A DNA stretch of 56,886 nt from an uncultured Clostridia bacterium (GTDB lineage Bacteria; Bacillota; Clostridia; Oscillospirales; CAG-272), in NCBI GenBank assembly GCA_944384525.1, contig CALWTR010000044.1, forward strand, positions 1 through 56,886, written 5' to 3'. This document shows, one piece after another, positions 19,931-29,849 of the stretch. Positions within the stretch are counted from its first letter, which is position 1, and each line of letters begins with the position of its first letter. The notes under the pieces were generated by a model. That model saw nothing but the letters and a program-made list of their open reading frames with translations, was not told the origin of the DNA and ran no database searches. A program made the translations under genes and the position numbers.

Positions 19931-20860
19931 TCAGCTGATCGGGTGGAGCAGTGCCGCATATACTCCGATCCCCGCGCAGACAGCCGAGACTGCGACGAGA
20001 AATCTTACCGCTCCAGGATGCGAAAACCCGCGCATGACGAGACGGTGATGAATATGTCCCTTGTCCGGGCGAAACGGGTTCTTTCCGGACAGGATCCTGC
20101 GCGAGACTGAAAATATCATATCTGCCATCGGAAGCGGGATGAAAAGGCTGCTTGCAGCAAGATATACACCATCGCCCATCGTCAGCGTCAGCACGGCGAT
20201 CGCATAGCCGAGAAATTGCGATCCGGTATCTCCCATAAATGTTTTCGCCCGGTAGCGATTGAAAGGGATAAAGCCTATTACTGAAGCTAGCAGTATCAGG
20301 GCGAGAGGGAAGACCGCGGGGTTTCCGGCGAAGAAGGTGTATACCGTAGTCGCGAGAAAAAATACGGCGCTCTCTCCTGCGGCCAGTCCATCGAGCCCGT
20401 CGGAAAAATTAAGCGCGTTTATCAGAGTGACCGTCTTTATAAAAGCATAAGCGGTGCAGGCGGTCTGCGGGAGCATGAGGATGTCGAATCCGAATCCGAA
20501 CGCGTTCGGCATATCGATGATGGATACCGCCAGGTAAGCGGCGCAACATTGGCCGATAAGCTTGACTCCGGGCGGGAGAGGATATATATCGTCACTGACT
20601 CCGAGGGCCGCGATTATCGCCCCGCCGGAGATCAGCGCCGCCGTCTCTGATGATAAAGGATCGGTGAAAATGAGTGCTGAGACGGCAAAGGCGGCAAAAA
20701 ACGCAAGTCCGCCGAGACGGGGCATCGGGGTAGAATGCATTCTTCGCGAATCGCTGGGGATATCAATGGCTCCTGTGACGGCTGAGAGTTTCATAGTCAC
20801 AGGGGACAGCAGAATAGATATTGCAAATGGCAAACAGAACATCAGGATAATGTGTGTCAT
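19931..20860 (-). CDS. Undecaprenyl-phosphate GlcNAc-1-phosphate transferase (TagO/WecA, MraY family)
   Basis: RRMHSTPMPRLGG, SDD, NALNFSDGLDGLA, FMGDTGS, DKGHIHHRL. Confidence 0.92.
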   Translation of the reverse strand: MTHIILMFCLPFAISILLSPVTMKLSAVTGAIDIPSDSRRMHSTPMPRLGGLAFFAAFAVSALIFTDPLSSETAALISGGAIIAALGVSDDIYPLPPGVKLIGQCCAAYLAVSIIDMPNAFGFGFDILMLPQTACTAYAFIKTVTLINALNFSDGLDGLAAGESAVFFLATTVYTFFAGNPAVFPLALILLASVIGFIPFNRYRAKTFMGDTGSQFLGYAIAVLTLTMGDGVYLAASSLFIPLPMADMIFSVSRRILSGKNPFRPDKGHIHHRLVMRGFSHPGAVRFLVAVSAVCAGIGVYAALLHPIS

Positions 20861-20867
20861 GACAAAT

Positions 20868-20903
20868 AAAAAGACCGTACACTTGTTCAGTGAGCGGTCT
20901 TTT
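20868..20903 (-). terminator. Probable terminator after trpS
   Basis: AAAAGACCG...CGGTCTTTT hairpin. Confidence 0.55.
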
Positions 20904-20919
20904 ATCCTTTTTTCGAACT

Positions 20920-21915
20920 TTAGTTTACAAAACCTATCTTTCTCCTGACTTTGGACATGGTGCGCCGTGCGTATGACGCCGCCTCTTCCGCGCCTGCTTT
21001 CATAACTGACTCCAGATATGCCTTGTCCTTGATTATGCGGTCGAACTCACATCTTACAGGAGCGAGTCCGTCTGCGCACACCTCTCCGACGGCGCTTTTG
21101 AAATCTCCGTAGCCGCGCCCTTCGAATTCGCGCTCTATATCGGACATGCTCTTTCCGGTAAAGGCGTGATATATCGTCATAAGGTTATTGATCCCGTCTT
21201 TACCTTCCTCGTATTTTACAGCTGAGCCGGAATCTGTGACGGCGCGGCGGAATTTTCTCATTATATCGTCTTTTGAGTCGAGGATATAAACGACGGCGTT
21301 CTGGTTTTCGTCGGATTTTGACATTTTGGAGGTGGGGTCGGCGAGAGACATTATTTTCATGGTGTCCTTTGCGATATATCCCTCCGGAATTGTGAAAGTA
21401 TCGCCGTATATCTGGTTAAATCTATTTGCGACGTCCCGCGTAAGCTCAAGGTGCTGTTTCTGATCTATCCCGACCGGTACAAGATCGGTTTGATAGAGAA
21501 GTATATCTGCCGCCATCAGTGACGGATAGGTAAAAAGACCTGCATTGATATTCTGCGCGTTTTTTGCGCTTTTATCCTTGAATTGCGTCATTCTTGAAAG
21601 CTCGCCGAACATAGTATAGCAGTCGAGTATCCATCCGAGCTCTGCGTGTGCGGGCACCTGCGACTGAACAAAAAGCGTGTTTTTCTGAGGATCGAGGCCG
21701 CAGGCGATATAGAGCGCAAGCGTCTCATATGTTCTGCGTCTGAGGTCTGCTGGGACCTGACGTACTGTTATCGCGTGAAGATCGACGACACAGTAAAAGC
21801 ATTTATACTCATCGGAAAATTCCTTGAAATTTTTAATTGCTCCGATATAGTTGCCTATCGTCAGATTTCCCGATGGCTGAACTCCGGAAAAAACAAGCTT
21901 GCGGTCACCTATCAT
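20920..21915 (-). CDS. trpS: Tryptophan--tRNA ligase
   Basis: SGVQPSGNLTIGNYIGA, YPSLMAADILLY, KMSKS. Confidence 0.97.
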   Translation of the reverse strand: MIGDRKLVFSGVQPSGNLTIGNYIGAIKNFKEFSDEYKCFYCVVDLHAITVRQVPADLRRRTYETLALYIACGLDPQKNTLFVQSQVPAHAELGWILDCYTMFGELSRMTQFKDKSAKNAQNINAGLFTYPSLMAADILLYQTDLVPVGIDQKQHLELTRDVANRFNQIYGDTFTIPEGYIAKDTMKIMSLADPTSKMSKSDENQNAVVYILDSKDDIMRKFRRAVTDSGSAVKYEEGKDGINNLMTIYHAFTGKSMSDIEREFEGRGYGDFKSAVGEVCADGLAPVRCEFDRIIKDKAYLESVMKAGAEEAASYARRTMSKVRRKIGFVN

Positions 21916-21978
21916 TTTTTAATCTCCAATCCTTAAGCGCCTGCGAAAGCGGCGCATTCAATCATATTTGCAATAAAG

Positions 21979-22007
21979 ATTATACAACCGCACGATAGTT
22001 TTGTCAA
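21979..22007 (-). promoter_or_regulatory. Consensus sigma-A promoter of trpS
   Basis: Minus strand TTGACA-N17-TATAAT (perfect). Confidence 0.8.
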
Positions 22008-22135
22008 CATGAAAGGAGGAGCGGAAGAGGCTTAAATCAGTTCGATGCTCCGTGGGACGGGACGCGGTTTGATGCTTGTACAGGAACACTTTTGAAAATC
22101 GACTGTAATTATCCGTAATTATATAGTAAAGGTAC

Positions 22136-22164
22136 TTTACTTTTAAACAAATCTGTGCTATAAT
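22136..22164 (+). promoter_or_regulatory. sigma-A promoter of nifJ
   Basis: TTTACT-N17-TATAAT with TG extension. Confidence 0.65.
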
Positions 22165-22240
22165 GCTAAAGATGAAGAGACCTCACTCTTCACCGGATGT
22201 AAAAATAAATGAATACATATAATAAACGGAGGTTCTATCT

Positions 22241-25200
22241 ATGATAGAAAGAAGAAAGCTTTCTATGGACGGCAATACCGCCGCCGCGCATGTTTCCTAT
22301 GCGTTTACGGAAGTGGCTGCCATCTATCCGATCACTCCTTCCAGCCCTATGGCAGAGGTGACGGACACCTGGTCTGCGTCCAACAAAAATATTTTCGGCG
22401 AGGAGGCCAAGAATATTTTCGGGGACAATGTCAAGGTCGTTGAGATGCAGTCGGAGGCCGGCGCCGCAGGCGCGGTACACGGTTCTCTTGCCGCAGGCGC
22501 GCTTACTACCACCTATACCGCATCACAGGGACTTCTCTTGATGATCCCGAACATGTACAAGATAGCAGGAGAGCTCCTCCCCTGCGTTATCCATGTTTCC
22601 GCAAGATGCGTAGCGTCTCATGCGCTCAATATTTTCGGAGACCACTCGGACGTATACGCGTGCCGTCAGACCGGTTTCGCCATGCTCGCCGAGACCAACC
22701 CGCAGGAGATCATGGACCTCGGCGCGGTAGCTCATCTTTCGACTATAAAAGGCAGAGTTCCTTTTATCAACTTCTTTGACGGATTCCGTACCTCTCATGA
22801 GATACAGAAGATAGAGGCGTGGGACTATAAGGATCTCGCCGAAATGGTAGATATGGATGCTGTCGAGGCATTCCGCAGCCGCGCCATCAATCCGGAGCAT
22901 CCGGTACTCCGCGGATCTGCTGAGAACGGAGATATATTCTTCCAGCACAGAGAGGCATGCAACAAGTATTATGACGCGCTCCCCGCTATCGTAGAGGAGT
23001 ATATGAACAAAGTCAACGAGAAGCTCGGCACCGACTATCGTCTCTTCAACTATTACGGAGCCGCTGATGCTGACCGCGTTATCGTTGCAATGGGTTCTGT
23101 CTGCGATACCGCAGAGGAGGTCATAGATTATCTGAACGCTCACGGCGAGAAGGTCGGACTGCTCAAAGTAAGGCTTTACAGACCGTTCGTAGCCGAGAAG
23201 TTTGCAGAGGCACTCCCCAAGACGGTCAAGAAGATAGCCGTTCTTGACAGGACTAAGGAGCCCGGCGCTCTTGGAGAGCCGCTTTATCTTGATGTTGTAG
23301 CCGCACTTTCGAAAACCGGCAGAGACAATATCCTCGTTGTCGGAGGACGTTACGGACTCGGCTCAAAGGATACGCCTCCTTCCAGCATATTCGCCGTATA
23401 TGAGAATCTTGCCGCAAAGACGCCGAAGAGCAACTTTACTATCGGCATAGTAGACGATGTTACCGGACATTCGCTCACGGAGAAGGCTTGCCCCGATACC
23501 GTACCTGCCGGCACGATATCCTGCAAGTTCTGGGGACTCGGCGGAGACGGTACTGTCGGAGCTAACAAGAACTCCATAAAGATCATAGGAGACCACACCG
23601 ACAAGTATATCCAGGCGTATTTCCAGTATGACTCCAAGAAGACCGGAGGCGTTACGATATCTCATCTGAGATTCGGAGACTCACCGATAAAGTCCACATA
23701 TTATATTACAAAGGCAGACTTCGTCGCGTGCCACAACCCCTCATACATGCTCAAGGGCTACAAGATAGTCGAGGATGTCAAGCCGGGCGGTATCTTCCTG
23801 CTCAACTGCCAGTGGAGCGACGAGGAGCTAAACAAACACCTCAGCGCAGAGACCAAGAAGTACATAGCCGACAATAAGATCAAGTTCTATACCGTGAACG
23901 CGATCGACAAGGCGGCTGAGATAGGCATGGGCAAGAGAACGAATACGATACTCCAGTCTGCGTTCTTTGCACTTGCAAATATCATGCCGATCGACAAGGC
24001 TGTCGAGTACATGAAGTACATGGCTAAGAAGTCCTATCTTAAGAAGGGCGAGGACGTTGTCGCAATGAACTATAAGGCGATAGATGCAGGCGTTGACGCG
24101 ATCCATGAGGTCACCGTTCCCGCGGCATGGTCTTCTGCAAAGGCAGATGTTCAGGAGAACAAGATAACCGGAAAGAGAGCGGACCTTGTAGATTTCGTTA
24201 AGAATATAGTAATTCCCGTAGGCGACATGCAGGGTGACTCACTTAAGGTCAGCGCATTCGAGAAGTATGTTGACGGTACGTTCCCGCAGGGCGCCGCAGC
24301 TTATGAGAAGCGCGGAGTTGCTGTTTCCGTTCCGGTATGGCATGCTGAAAACTGCATACAGTGCAACCAGTGCGCGTTCGTGTGCCCTCACGCAGCTATC
24401 CGTCCTTTCGCTATGGATGAGAAGGAGGCTGCTGCCGCTCCTGCCGAGACCAAGTTCACCGCAAAGATGACCGGCAAGGGCTGCGAGAATTATAAGTTCA
24501 CGATAGCAGTGAGCCCGCTCGACTGTATGGGATGTACGCTCTGCGTAAAGGCGTGCCCGACCAAACCTGAGAAGAGGGCGCTCGAGATGGTTCCTCAGGA
24601 GAGCCAGCTCGCACAGCAGAAGGTATTCGACTATGCGGTCGCTAATGTAAAAGAAAAGAAGGGTCTCCCGTTTGCAGATACGACGGTCAAGGGCTCGCAG
24701 TTCAAACAGCCGCTGCTCGAGTTCTCCGGCTCCTGCGCAGGATGCGCCGAGACTTCTTATGCAAGACTCATCACTCAGCTCTTCGGTGAGAGGATGTATA
24801 TATCCAACGCGACCGGATGCTCCTCCATATGGGGCGGCTCCGCGCCTGCAACTCCTTACACCGTAAATAACGGCTCCGGCCACGGTCCCGCATGGGCGAA
24901 CTCGCTTTTTGAGGACAACGCTGAGCACGGCTTCGGTATGTATATCGGACAGAAGACGTTAAGAGAGAGACTTATCGGATATGTCAAGGAGCTCCTTGAG
25001 AAGGTAGAGGATGCCGACAAGAAGGCAGTCATCGAGGAATACCTCGCTACTAAGGACGACGGAAAGCTCAACGCCGCCGCTACGGATAAGCTCGTAAAGA
25101 TGCTCGAGTCCTGCGATTGCAAGGATGAGCTCAAGGATAAGATACTCAAGCACAAGGATTACCTCTCCAAGAAGTCCATATGGATCTTCGGAGGAGACGG

Positions 25201-25828
25201 ATGGGCATATGATATCGGATTCGGAGGACTTGACCATGTCATAGCCTCCGGCGAGGATGTCAATATAATGGTCTTTGATACCGAGGTATATTCCAACACC
25301 GGCGGACAGGCGTCCAAGGCGTCCAATATAGGCCAGGTCGCGCAGTTTGCCGCTGCCGGAAAGGCGATAGGCAAGAAGGACCTCGCTCAGATCGCAATGT
25401 CTTACGGTTACGTATACGTCGCTCAGGTAGCTATGGGTGCGGATATGAATCAGACGCTAAAGGCGATGGCAGAGGCAGAGGCTTATCACGGACCTTCTAT
25501 CATAATCGGTTACGCTCCCTGCGAGATGCACTCTATAAAGGGCGGAATGGCTAACTGCCAGGCAGAGATGAAGAAGGCGGTCGAGGCAGGCTACTGGCAG
25601 ATGTTCAGGTATAATCCTGCGCTCAAGGCCGAGGGCAAGAATCCCTTCACGCTCGACAGCAAGGAGCCTACCGGCGACTACCAGGCATTCATCAACGGAG
25701 AGGCTCGCTATACCCGTCTTGCACAGGCGTTCCCGGAGAGGGCAAAGGTCCTCTTTGCGAAGGCTGAGGCAACGGCTAAGGCTAAGTACGAGCGTCTTAA
25801 GAAGCTTGTTGACTTCTATAACAACTGA
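22241..25828 (+). CDS. nifJ: Pyruvate:ferredoxin (flavodoxin) oxidoreductase
   Basis: AIYPITPSS, EMQSEAGAAG, GLGGDGTVGANKN, two CxxCxxCxxxCP motifs, GGDGWAYDIG; 1195 aa. Confidence 0.97.
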   Translation: MIERRKLSMDGNTAAAHVSYAFTEVAAIYPITPSSPMAEVTDTWSASNKNIFGEEAKNIFGDNVKVVEMQSEAGAAGAVHGSLAAGALTTTYTASQGLLLMIPNMYKIAGELLPCVIHVSARCVASHALNIFGDHSDVYACRQTGFAMLAETNPQEIMDLGAVAHLSTIKGRVPFINFFDGFRTSHEIQKIEAWDYKDLAEMVDMDAVEAFRSRAINPEHPVLRGSAENGDIFFQHREACNKYYDALPAIVEEYMNKVNEKLGTDYRLFNYYGAADADRVIVAMGSVCDTAEEVIDYLNAHGEKVGLLKVRLYRPFVAEKFAEALPKTVKKIAVLDRTKEPGALGEPLYLDVVAALSKTGRDNILVVGGRYGLGSKDTPPSSIFAVYENLAAKTPKSNFTIGIVDDVTGHSLTEKACPDTVPAGTISCKFWGLGGDGTVGANKNSIKIIGDHTDKYIQAYFQYDSKKTGGVTISHLRFGDSPIKSTYYITKADFVACHNPSYMLKGYKIVEDVKPGGIFLLNCQWSDEELNKHLSAETKKYIADNKIKFYTVNAIDKAAEIGMGKRTNTILQSAFFALANIMPIDKAVEYMKYMAKKSYLKKGEDVVAMNYKAIDAGVDAIHEVTVPAAWSSAKADVQENKITGKRADLVDFVKNIVIPVGDMQGDSLKVSAFEKYVDGTFPQGAAAYEKRGVAVSVPVWHAENCIQCNQCAFVCPHAAIRPFAMDEKEAAAAPAETKFTAKMTGKGCENYKFTIAVSPLDCMGCTLCVKACPTKPEKRALEMVPQESQLAQQKVFDYAVANVKEKKGLPFADTTVKGSQFKQPLLEFSGSCAGCAETSYARLITQLFGERMYISNATGCSSIWGGSAPATPYTVNNGSGHGPAWANSLFEDNAEHGFGMYIGQKTLRERLIGYVKELLEKVEDADKKAVIEEYLATKDDGKLNAAATDKLVKMLESCDCKDELKDKILKHKDYLSKKSIWIFGGDGWAYDIGFGGLDHVIASGEDVNIMVFDTEVYSNTGGQASKASNIGQVAQFAAAGKAIGKKDLAQIAMSYGYVYVAQVAMGADMNQTLKAMAEAEAYHGPSIIIGYAPCEMHSIKGGMANCQAEMKKAVEAGYWQMFRYNPALKAEGKNPFTLDSKEPTGDYQAFINGEARYTRLAQAFPERAKVLFAKAEATAKAKYERLKKLVDFYNN

Positions 25829-25846
25829 TACCGCGCAGGCGGTTCG

Positions 25847-25878
25847 GAGGCACCCGGATGACGGGTGCCTCTTTTTTT
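25847..25878 (+). terminator. Intrinsic terminator of nifJ
   Basis: GAGGCACCCG-GATGA-CGGGTGCCTC followed by T7. Confidence 0.85.
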
Positions 25879-25973
25879 GCATTTTTTCATTTGAAGAAGC
25901 ATTTATTATATAGGTGTCGCTGAATATGATGAGAATATACAAATTCAAAATTTAACAAATCTTAAATATTCTA

Positions 25974-26002
25974 TTGACAAAAAATTATATATTATTTATA
26001 AT
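25974..26002 (+). promoter_or_regulatory. Consensus sigma-A promoter
   Basis: TTGACA-N17-TATAAT (perfect). Confidence 0.8.
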
Positions 26003-26033
26003 ACAATTACAACACCAAAGGAGGACAGTATTT

Positions 26034-27614
26034 ATGAATATCGTAAAAAATATAAAAAGGTTGACTTTTTTAGCCTTTATGCTTGCTATGTTACTCACGG
26101 TAGTATCCTGCGCTTCTAAAAATTCGGATAAACTGTTCAACGATAAGATACTGGAGATCGAGTCTACTTCTACAAAGCTCGATACAAAGGGAAATAATAT
26201 AATTTCTCTTGACGCTAAGAAAAACGTGCTTCTGAGCAAAGAGGAGAGCGGCAAAACCACATATACGCTTTATAACGCTGATTCACAGTCGGTTATAGCG
26301 GAGTCTGAATATGCATTTGAGTTTACTAAGCCGAACCTGTATATTCTCAAAACCCCAAGCAGCGACAATACCGCTACGGAGTATAATTTCTATACCGAGT
26401 CGGGGCTGATCAAGAATATAAGTGTTCCGAACTCCTCGAACGTAAATAATTATTTCGTAGTTGATACCGATGAATCGATCCGCTTCTCTGACGGAAGTTC
26501 CATACAGCTGGTCAACGGTGAGGCTTATAAATTCTTTTCATCGGGCGAGGGCAACTCTCCCGCTCCGCAGTTCAGCACGGACGATGTCAAAGCCGGAAGG
26601 TTTTACTATGATGTTTACAACAACTGTGTGTCCGTTTTTGATTCGGATAAGAATTTCCTGCGCTTTACCGATGTGGCGGCCGCGACAGGTTATAACAACG
26701 ACGATATACACTTCTGCGGAAATATAGAAGAAAAGCTCGTGTTCCAGGTCAATATCAATATACCGAACGACAGCAAGAAGTATTCTTACTTCGTCGATTC
26801 CAATAAGTACGATCTCATCACCTATACATACAATCTCAAAAACGGCAAAATAGAAGAGAAAAAGAATTTTGACTTCATAATAGATAAGATAGATTACATC
26901 GAAGATTACAGCAAGTGCGGCTTGGCTTACGGCTATTATATCAACGATGCAAAGACCATCTCTTCCTATATAGTACAGGCGTTTGATGACGGATTGGACG
27001 TTGCCGTAGATATACAGGCGATGGTTCCCGGGGCGTGTGAGATATACTGGATGGATGAATACAAGCTCATGATAGACGGCTCGGAAAACTATCATATATT
27101 CAAGGGCAAGGATGAGATAACCTTTATATCCGGCGAAAATTCAAGTGAGATGATGTTTAATATGGGCTCGCTCATTCAGACCGGGCATTATATATACTAT
27201 GATTCCGTATATTCTGTCGACGGAACGTATTTGACAAGTATCCCGGATAAGCGTACCAATACCGTTTTCGCGGGTAATAAACTGCTGTATACGACTCAGG
27301 TCAAGAATGACGGTGAGCCGAGCAAGACGATGCTCTACATAGTAGATCTCTCCAGCGGAGAAAAAACAGGTTCAGAGGGAGATATACTGATGGATTACAA
27401 ACTTGCATATACAAAGAATGATGACGGTACGGTAAATTATATATCGCTCTTGGACGGAACGAAAATAGCGGATAATGCAGGGAGCCAGGTGGTTTCCTTC
27501 GCGGGATGTGAATATGAGAATGAATATGTATTTATATACGGATTCTCGTCAGCTGCCAACATTCCCGACTATTTCTGCCACACTATCAAAAATATTTATC
27601 TAAGTGAGAAATGA
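26034..27614 (+). CDS. Hypothetical lipoprotein, beta-strand rich
   Basis: AAAGGAGG RBS before ATG 26034; signal peptide with lipobox VVSC; no family recognised. Confidence 0.8.
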   Translation: MNIVKNIKRLTFLAFMLAMLLTVVSCASKNSDKLFNDKILEIESTSTKLDTKGNNIISLDAKKNVLLSKEESGKTTYTLYNADSQSVIAESEYAFEFTKPNLYILKTPSSDNTATEYNFYTESGLIKNISVPNSSNVNNYFVVDTDESIRFSDGSSIQLVNGEAYKFFSSGEGNSPAPQFSTDDVKAGRFYYDVYNNCVSVFDSDKNFLRFTDVAAATGYNNDDIHFCGNIEEKLVFQVNINIPNDSKKYSYFVDSNKYDLITYTYNLKNGKIEEKKNFDFIIDKIDYIEDYSKCGLAYGYYINDAKTISSYIVQAFDDGLDVAVDIQAMVPGACEIYWMDEYKLMIDGSENYHIFKGKDEITFISGENSSEMMFNMGSLIQTGHYIYYDSVYSVDGTYLTSIPDKRTNTVFAGNKLLYTTQVKNDGEPSKTMLYIVDLSSGEKTGSEGDILMDYKLAYTKNDDGTVNYISLLDGTKIADNAGSQVVSFAGCEYENEYVFIYGFSSAANIPDYFCHTIKNIYLSEK

Positions 27615-27633
27615 TGCCGATAATCCCGGCATA

Positions 27634-27680
27634 AAAGAACTCCCCGGTCAGCAATAAGCGGACCGGGGAGTTTTTTTTTT
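27634..27680. terminator. Bidirectional terminator
   Basis: AACTCCCCGGTC...GACCGGGGAGTT with flanking A/T runs. Confidence 0.85.
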
Positions 27681-27683
27681 AGA

Positions 27684-28775
27684 TCAGTTGAAGTAATAGG
27701 GTTTTCCGCTCTTTGCGGACTCGTATATGCCCTCGAGTATCCGCGTTACGCAGTATGCCTCTTCCGGCTTTGTGACTGGCTGTTTTCCCTCTCTTACAGC
27801 CTCTATCCAGAGCCGTTCTTCCATCTCGGCGGGAGTCTCCTTTGAGGAGCCCTCGTTAAAGTCGACTCCTCCGACGGAAAAGTCCGGCTTAAATACGTAC
27901 TGCCGGCCGTTCCTCACACCGTTTATGCGGAGCCCCTCGTTCATGTCGGCGCCGGCCTTTGTCCCGCATATAGTAGTCACGGCCTCGCGGACGTCGAGCG
28001 TGTTGAGCGCCCAGGCGGATTCCAGAACTATCGTCGCACCGTTCTCCATGACGATGAAGCCGAATGCGCTGTCCTCTACGGTGAATTTTTCAGGGTCCCA
28101 GTCGCCCCATGCGTTTGCAGTGGCACGGTCGTTGTTGAGCTTGTGGAACACGGTCCCGACGCAGTATTTCGGTTTGTAGTTGTTCATCATCCAAAGCGTG
28201 AGATCGAGCGCATGTGTTCCTATGTCTATGAGAGGCCCTCCTCCCTGTTCGTATTCGTTGAGGAAAACGCCCCAGGTCGGAACGGCGCGGCGGCGCAGGG
28301 CAGTGGCTTTTGCGTAATATATTTCCCCGAAGGTGCCTGCCTCAGCCTCCTTTTTCATATATAGCGAATTAGCGCGGAAGCGCCCCTGATATCCTATTGT
28401 CAGCAGTTTGCCGGTCCGCTTTGCGGCGTCAAGCATCTTTTTTGCCTCAGCGGAATTTATCGCCATCGGCTTTTCGCACATAACGTGCTTGCCTGCCTCG
28501 AGTGCGTCTACTGTTATGAAGCTGTGAGAGCGGTTCGGAGTGCATACATGCACGACGTCTATGCTCTTGTCGCTGAGCAATTTTTTATAGTCGGTATATA
28601 CCTTGGCACCCTCAATACCGTATTTTTCGGCTGCTTTTGTCGCTCTTTCCTCTATTATATCGCAGAAAGCGACCATTTCACAATTTTTGACGGCTTTGAG
28701 CGCCGGCATATGCTTGCCGTTTGCAATGCCTCCGCATCCTATTATCCCGACGCGTATAGTCTTTATGTCTTCCAT
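27684..28775 (-). CDS. Gfo/Idh/MocA family NAD(P)-dependent oxidoreductase
   Basis: IIGCGGIA, HVMCEKPMA, GGGPLIDIGTHALD. Confidence 0.95.
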   Translation of the reverse strand: MEDIKTIRVGIIGCGGIANGKHMPALKAVKNCEMVAFCDIIEERATKAAEKYGIEGAKVYTDYKKLLSDKSIDVVHVCTPNRSHSFITVDALEAGKHVMCEKPMAINSAEAKKMLDAAKRTGKLLTIGYQGRFRANSLYMKKEAEAGTFGEIYYAKATALRRRAVPTWGVFLNEYEQGGGPLIDIGTHALDLTLWMMNNYKPKYCVGTVFHKLNNDRATANAWGDWDPEKFTVEDSAFGFIVMENGATIVLESAWALNTLDVREAVTTICGTKAGADMNEGLRINGVRNGRQYVFKPDFSVGGVDFNEGSSKETPAEMEERLWIEAVREGKQPVTKPEEAYCVTRILEGIYESAKSGKPYYFN

Positions 28776-28807
28776 CTTGCTTGAAAACTTCCTTTCGCTT
28801 AAAACTT

Positions 28808-29590
28808 TTAAAGTACGAATCTCTTTATATAGCTATATGTGAAGTCGATGCCCTTTTCGCTCATTGCTCCGTGCCAGAACGCGGAGTGCGGTTCTATGCT
28901 CAGGTCGCCGTCATAGTGCCTTGAATAGAGTATGGCGAAAACACCGGGCCAGTTTATGTCGTCCATTCCTGCCGGAGGATCGTCGATACCGCGCTGACCT
29001 GCTCGTATTATGCCCTTTACATGGAAGTGCGCTATGCGGTCGCCCCAGTCGCTGAGCTCGGCAAGGTAGTTTGCACCTCTGGAATATGCATGTGACGGAT
29101 CGTATTTGAGATAGAGATCAGGCAGTTCTCCTAGCACTATTTTCCACTCGTCGGGCGATACTATAAAATTGTTCCAGTTGCAGTTCTGAACTGCGACTTT
29201 TATCCTGCCGTTCGCCCTATCGATAAGCTCGGCAAAAAAGTTTATAGCACCTGTGAGGTTTTTATACAGGCTGACGCTATCGTCACGATTGAATCCGCAG
29301 ACAAATGTCTTGGCTCCGAGAGATACCGCAGTGTCGAGCTGTCTGAAATAGACCTCTTTTTCGGCGCTGTCTGCCGTGCCGCCTTTATTGAGAGTATGGT
29401 TCCATCTTCCGACCGAGGAGAGACTTATCCCGGTGCGGGCAAGATTGTCCCTGATAAATACGGATTTTTCAATGAAGTTGTTGGCCTCTTCCGTATTGTT
29501 GCAGCAGATCTCCATAAAGGACATCCCCTTGTCCCGTACGAAGTCGTAGGATGCGGGGTCGCTACAGTTCCTTATTATACCTATTCTCAT
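28808..29590 (-). CDS. Sugar phosphate isomerase/epimerase (xylose isomerase-like TIM barrel)
   Basis: YDPSH, HFHVKG, GMDDINW, YDGDLSIEPH. Confidence 0.88.
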   Translation of the reverse strand: MRIGIIRNCSDPASYDFVRDKGMSFMEICCNNTEEANNFIEKSVFIRDNLARTGISLSSVGRWNHTLNKGGTADSAEKEVYFRQLDTAVSLGAKTFVCGFNRDDSVSLYKNLTGAINFFAELIDRANGRIKVAVQNCNWNNFIVSPDEWKIVLGELPDLYLKYDPSHAYSRGANYLAELSDWGDRIAHFHVKGIIRAGQRGIDDPPAGMDDINWPGVFAILYSRHYDGDLSIEPHSAFWHGAMSEKGIDFTYSYIKRFVL

Positions 29591-29757
29591 ACCGGATACC
29601 TTCCTTTTTTTATTTTGCAGAGCTCGTTTCCGGCTCCGCGTTATGATGCTCGGGATTTTTTGATCCGCGGATCGGATGTAGATATCGAAAGCAACATTGA
29701 GCCCGGTACCTTAAGCAATATCGAACGCGGTATCAAATATAAATGATTTCCGAGTTA

Positions 29758-29790
29758 AGTATAGCATACGGCAGAAATATGTGCTATAAT
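29758..29790. promoter_or_regulatory. Overlapping divergent promoters (TIM-barrel/oxidoreductase operon and AraC gene)
   Basis: Plus TGC-TATAAT at 29782-29790; minus TGC-TATACT at 29758-29766. Confidence 0.5.
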
Positions 29791-29849
29791 AAATTTGCTT
29801 AAAAATATCAATTTTTTGTTATTGATATGATAGGGGCAGGAGGGATATC

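Noticed and set aside
21916-21978. T-box leader for trpS
   Set aside because: Promoter lies only about 60 nt from the start; no room and no T-box motif
29680-29746. XRE-HTH-like peptide (IEPGTLSNIERGIK) in intergenic DNA
   Set aside because: Very short match, no RBS or plausible start; ORF 29396-29746 mostly overlaps a real gene on the other strand
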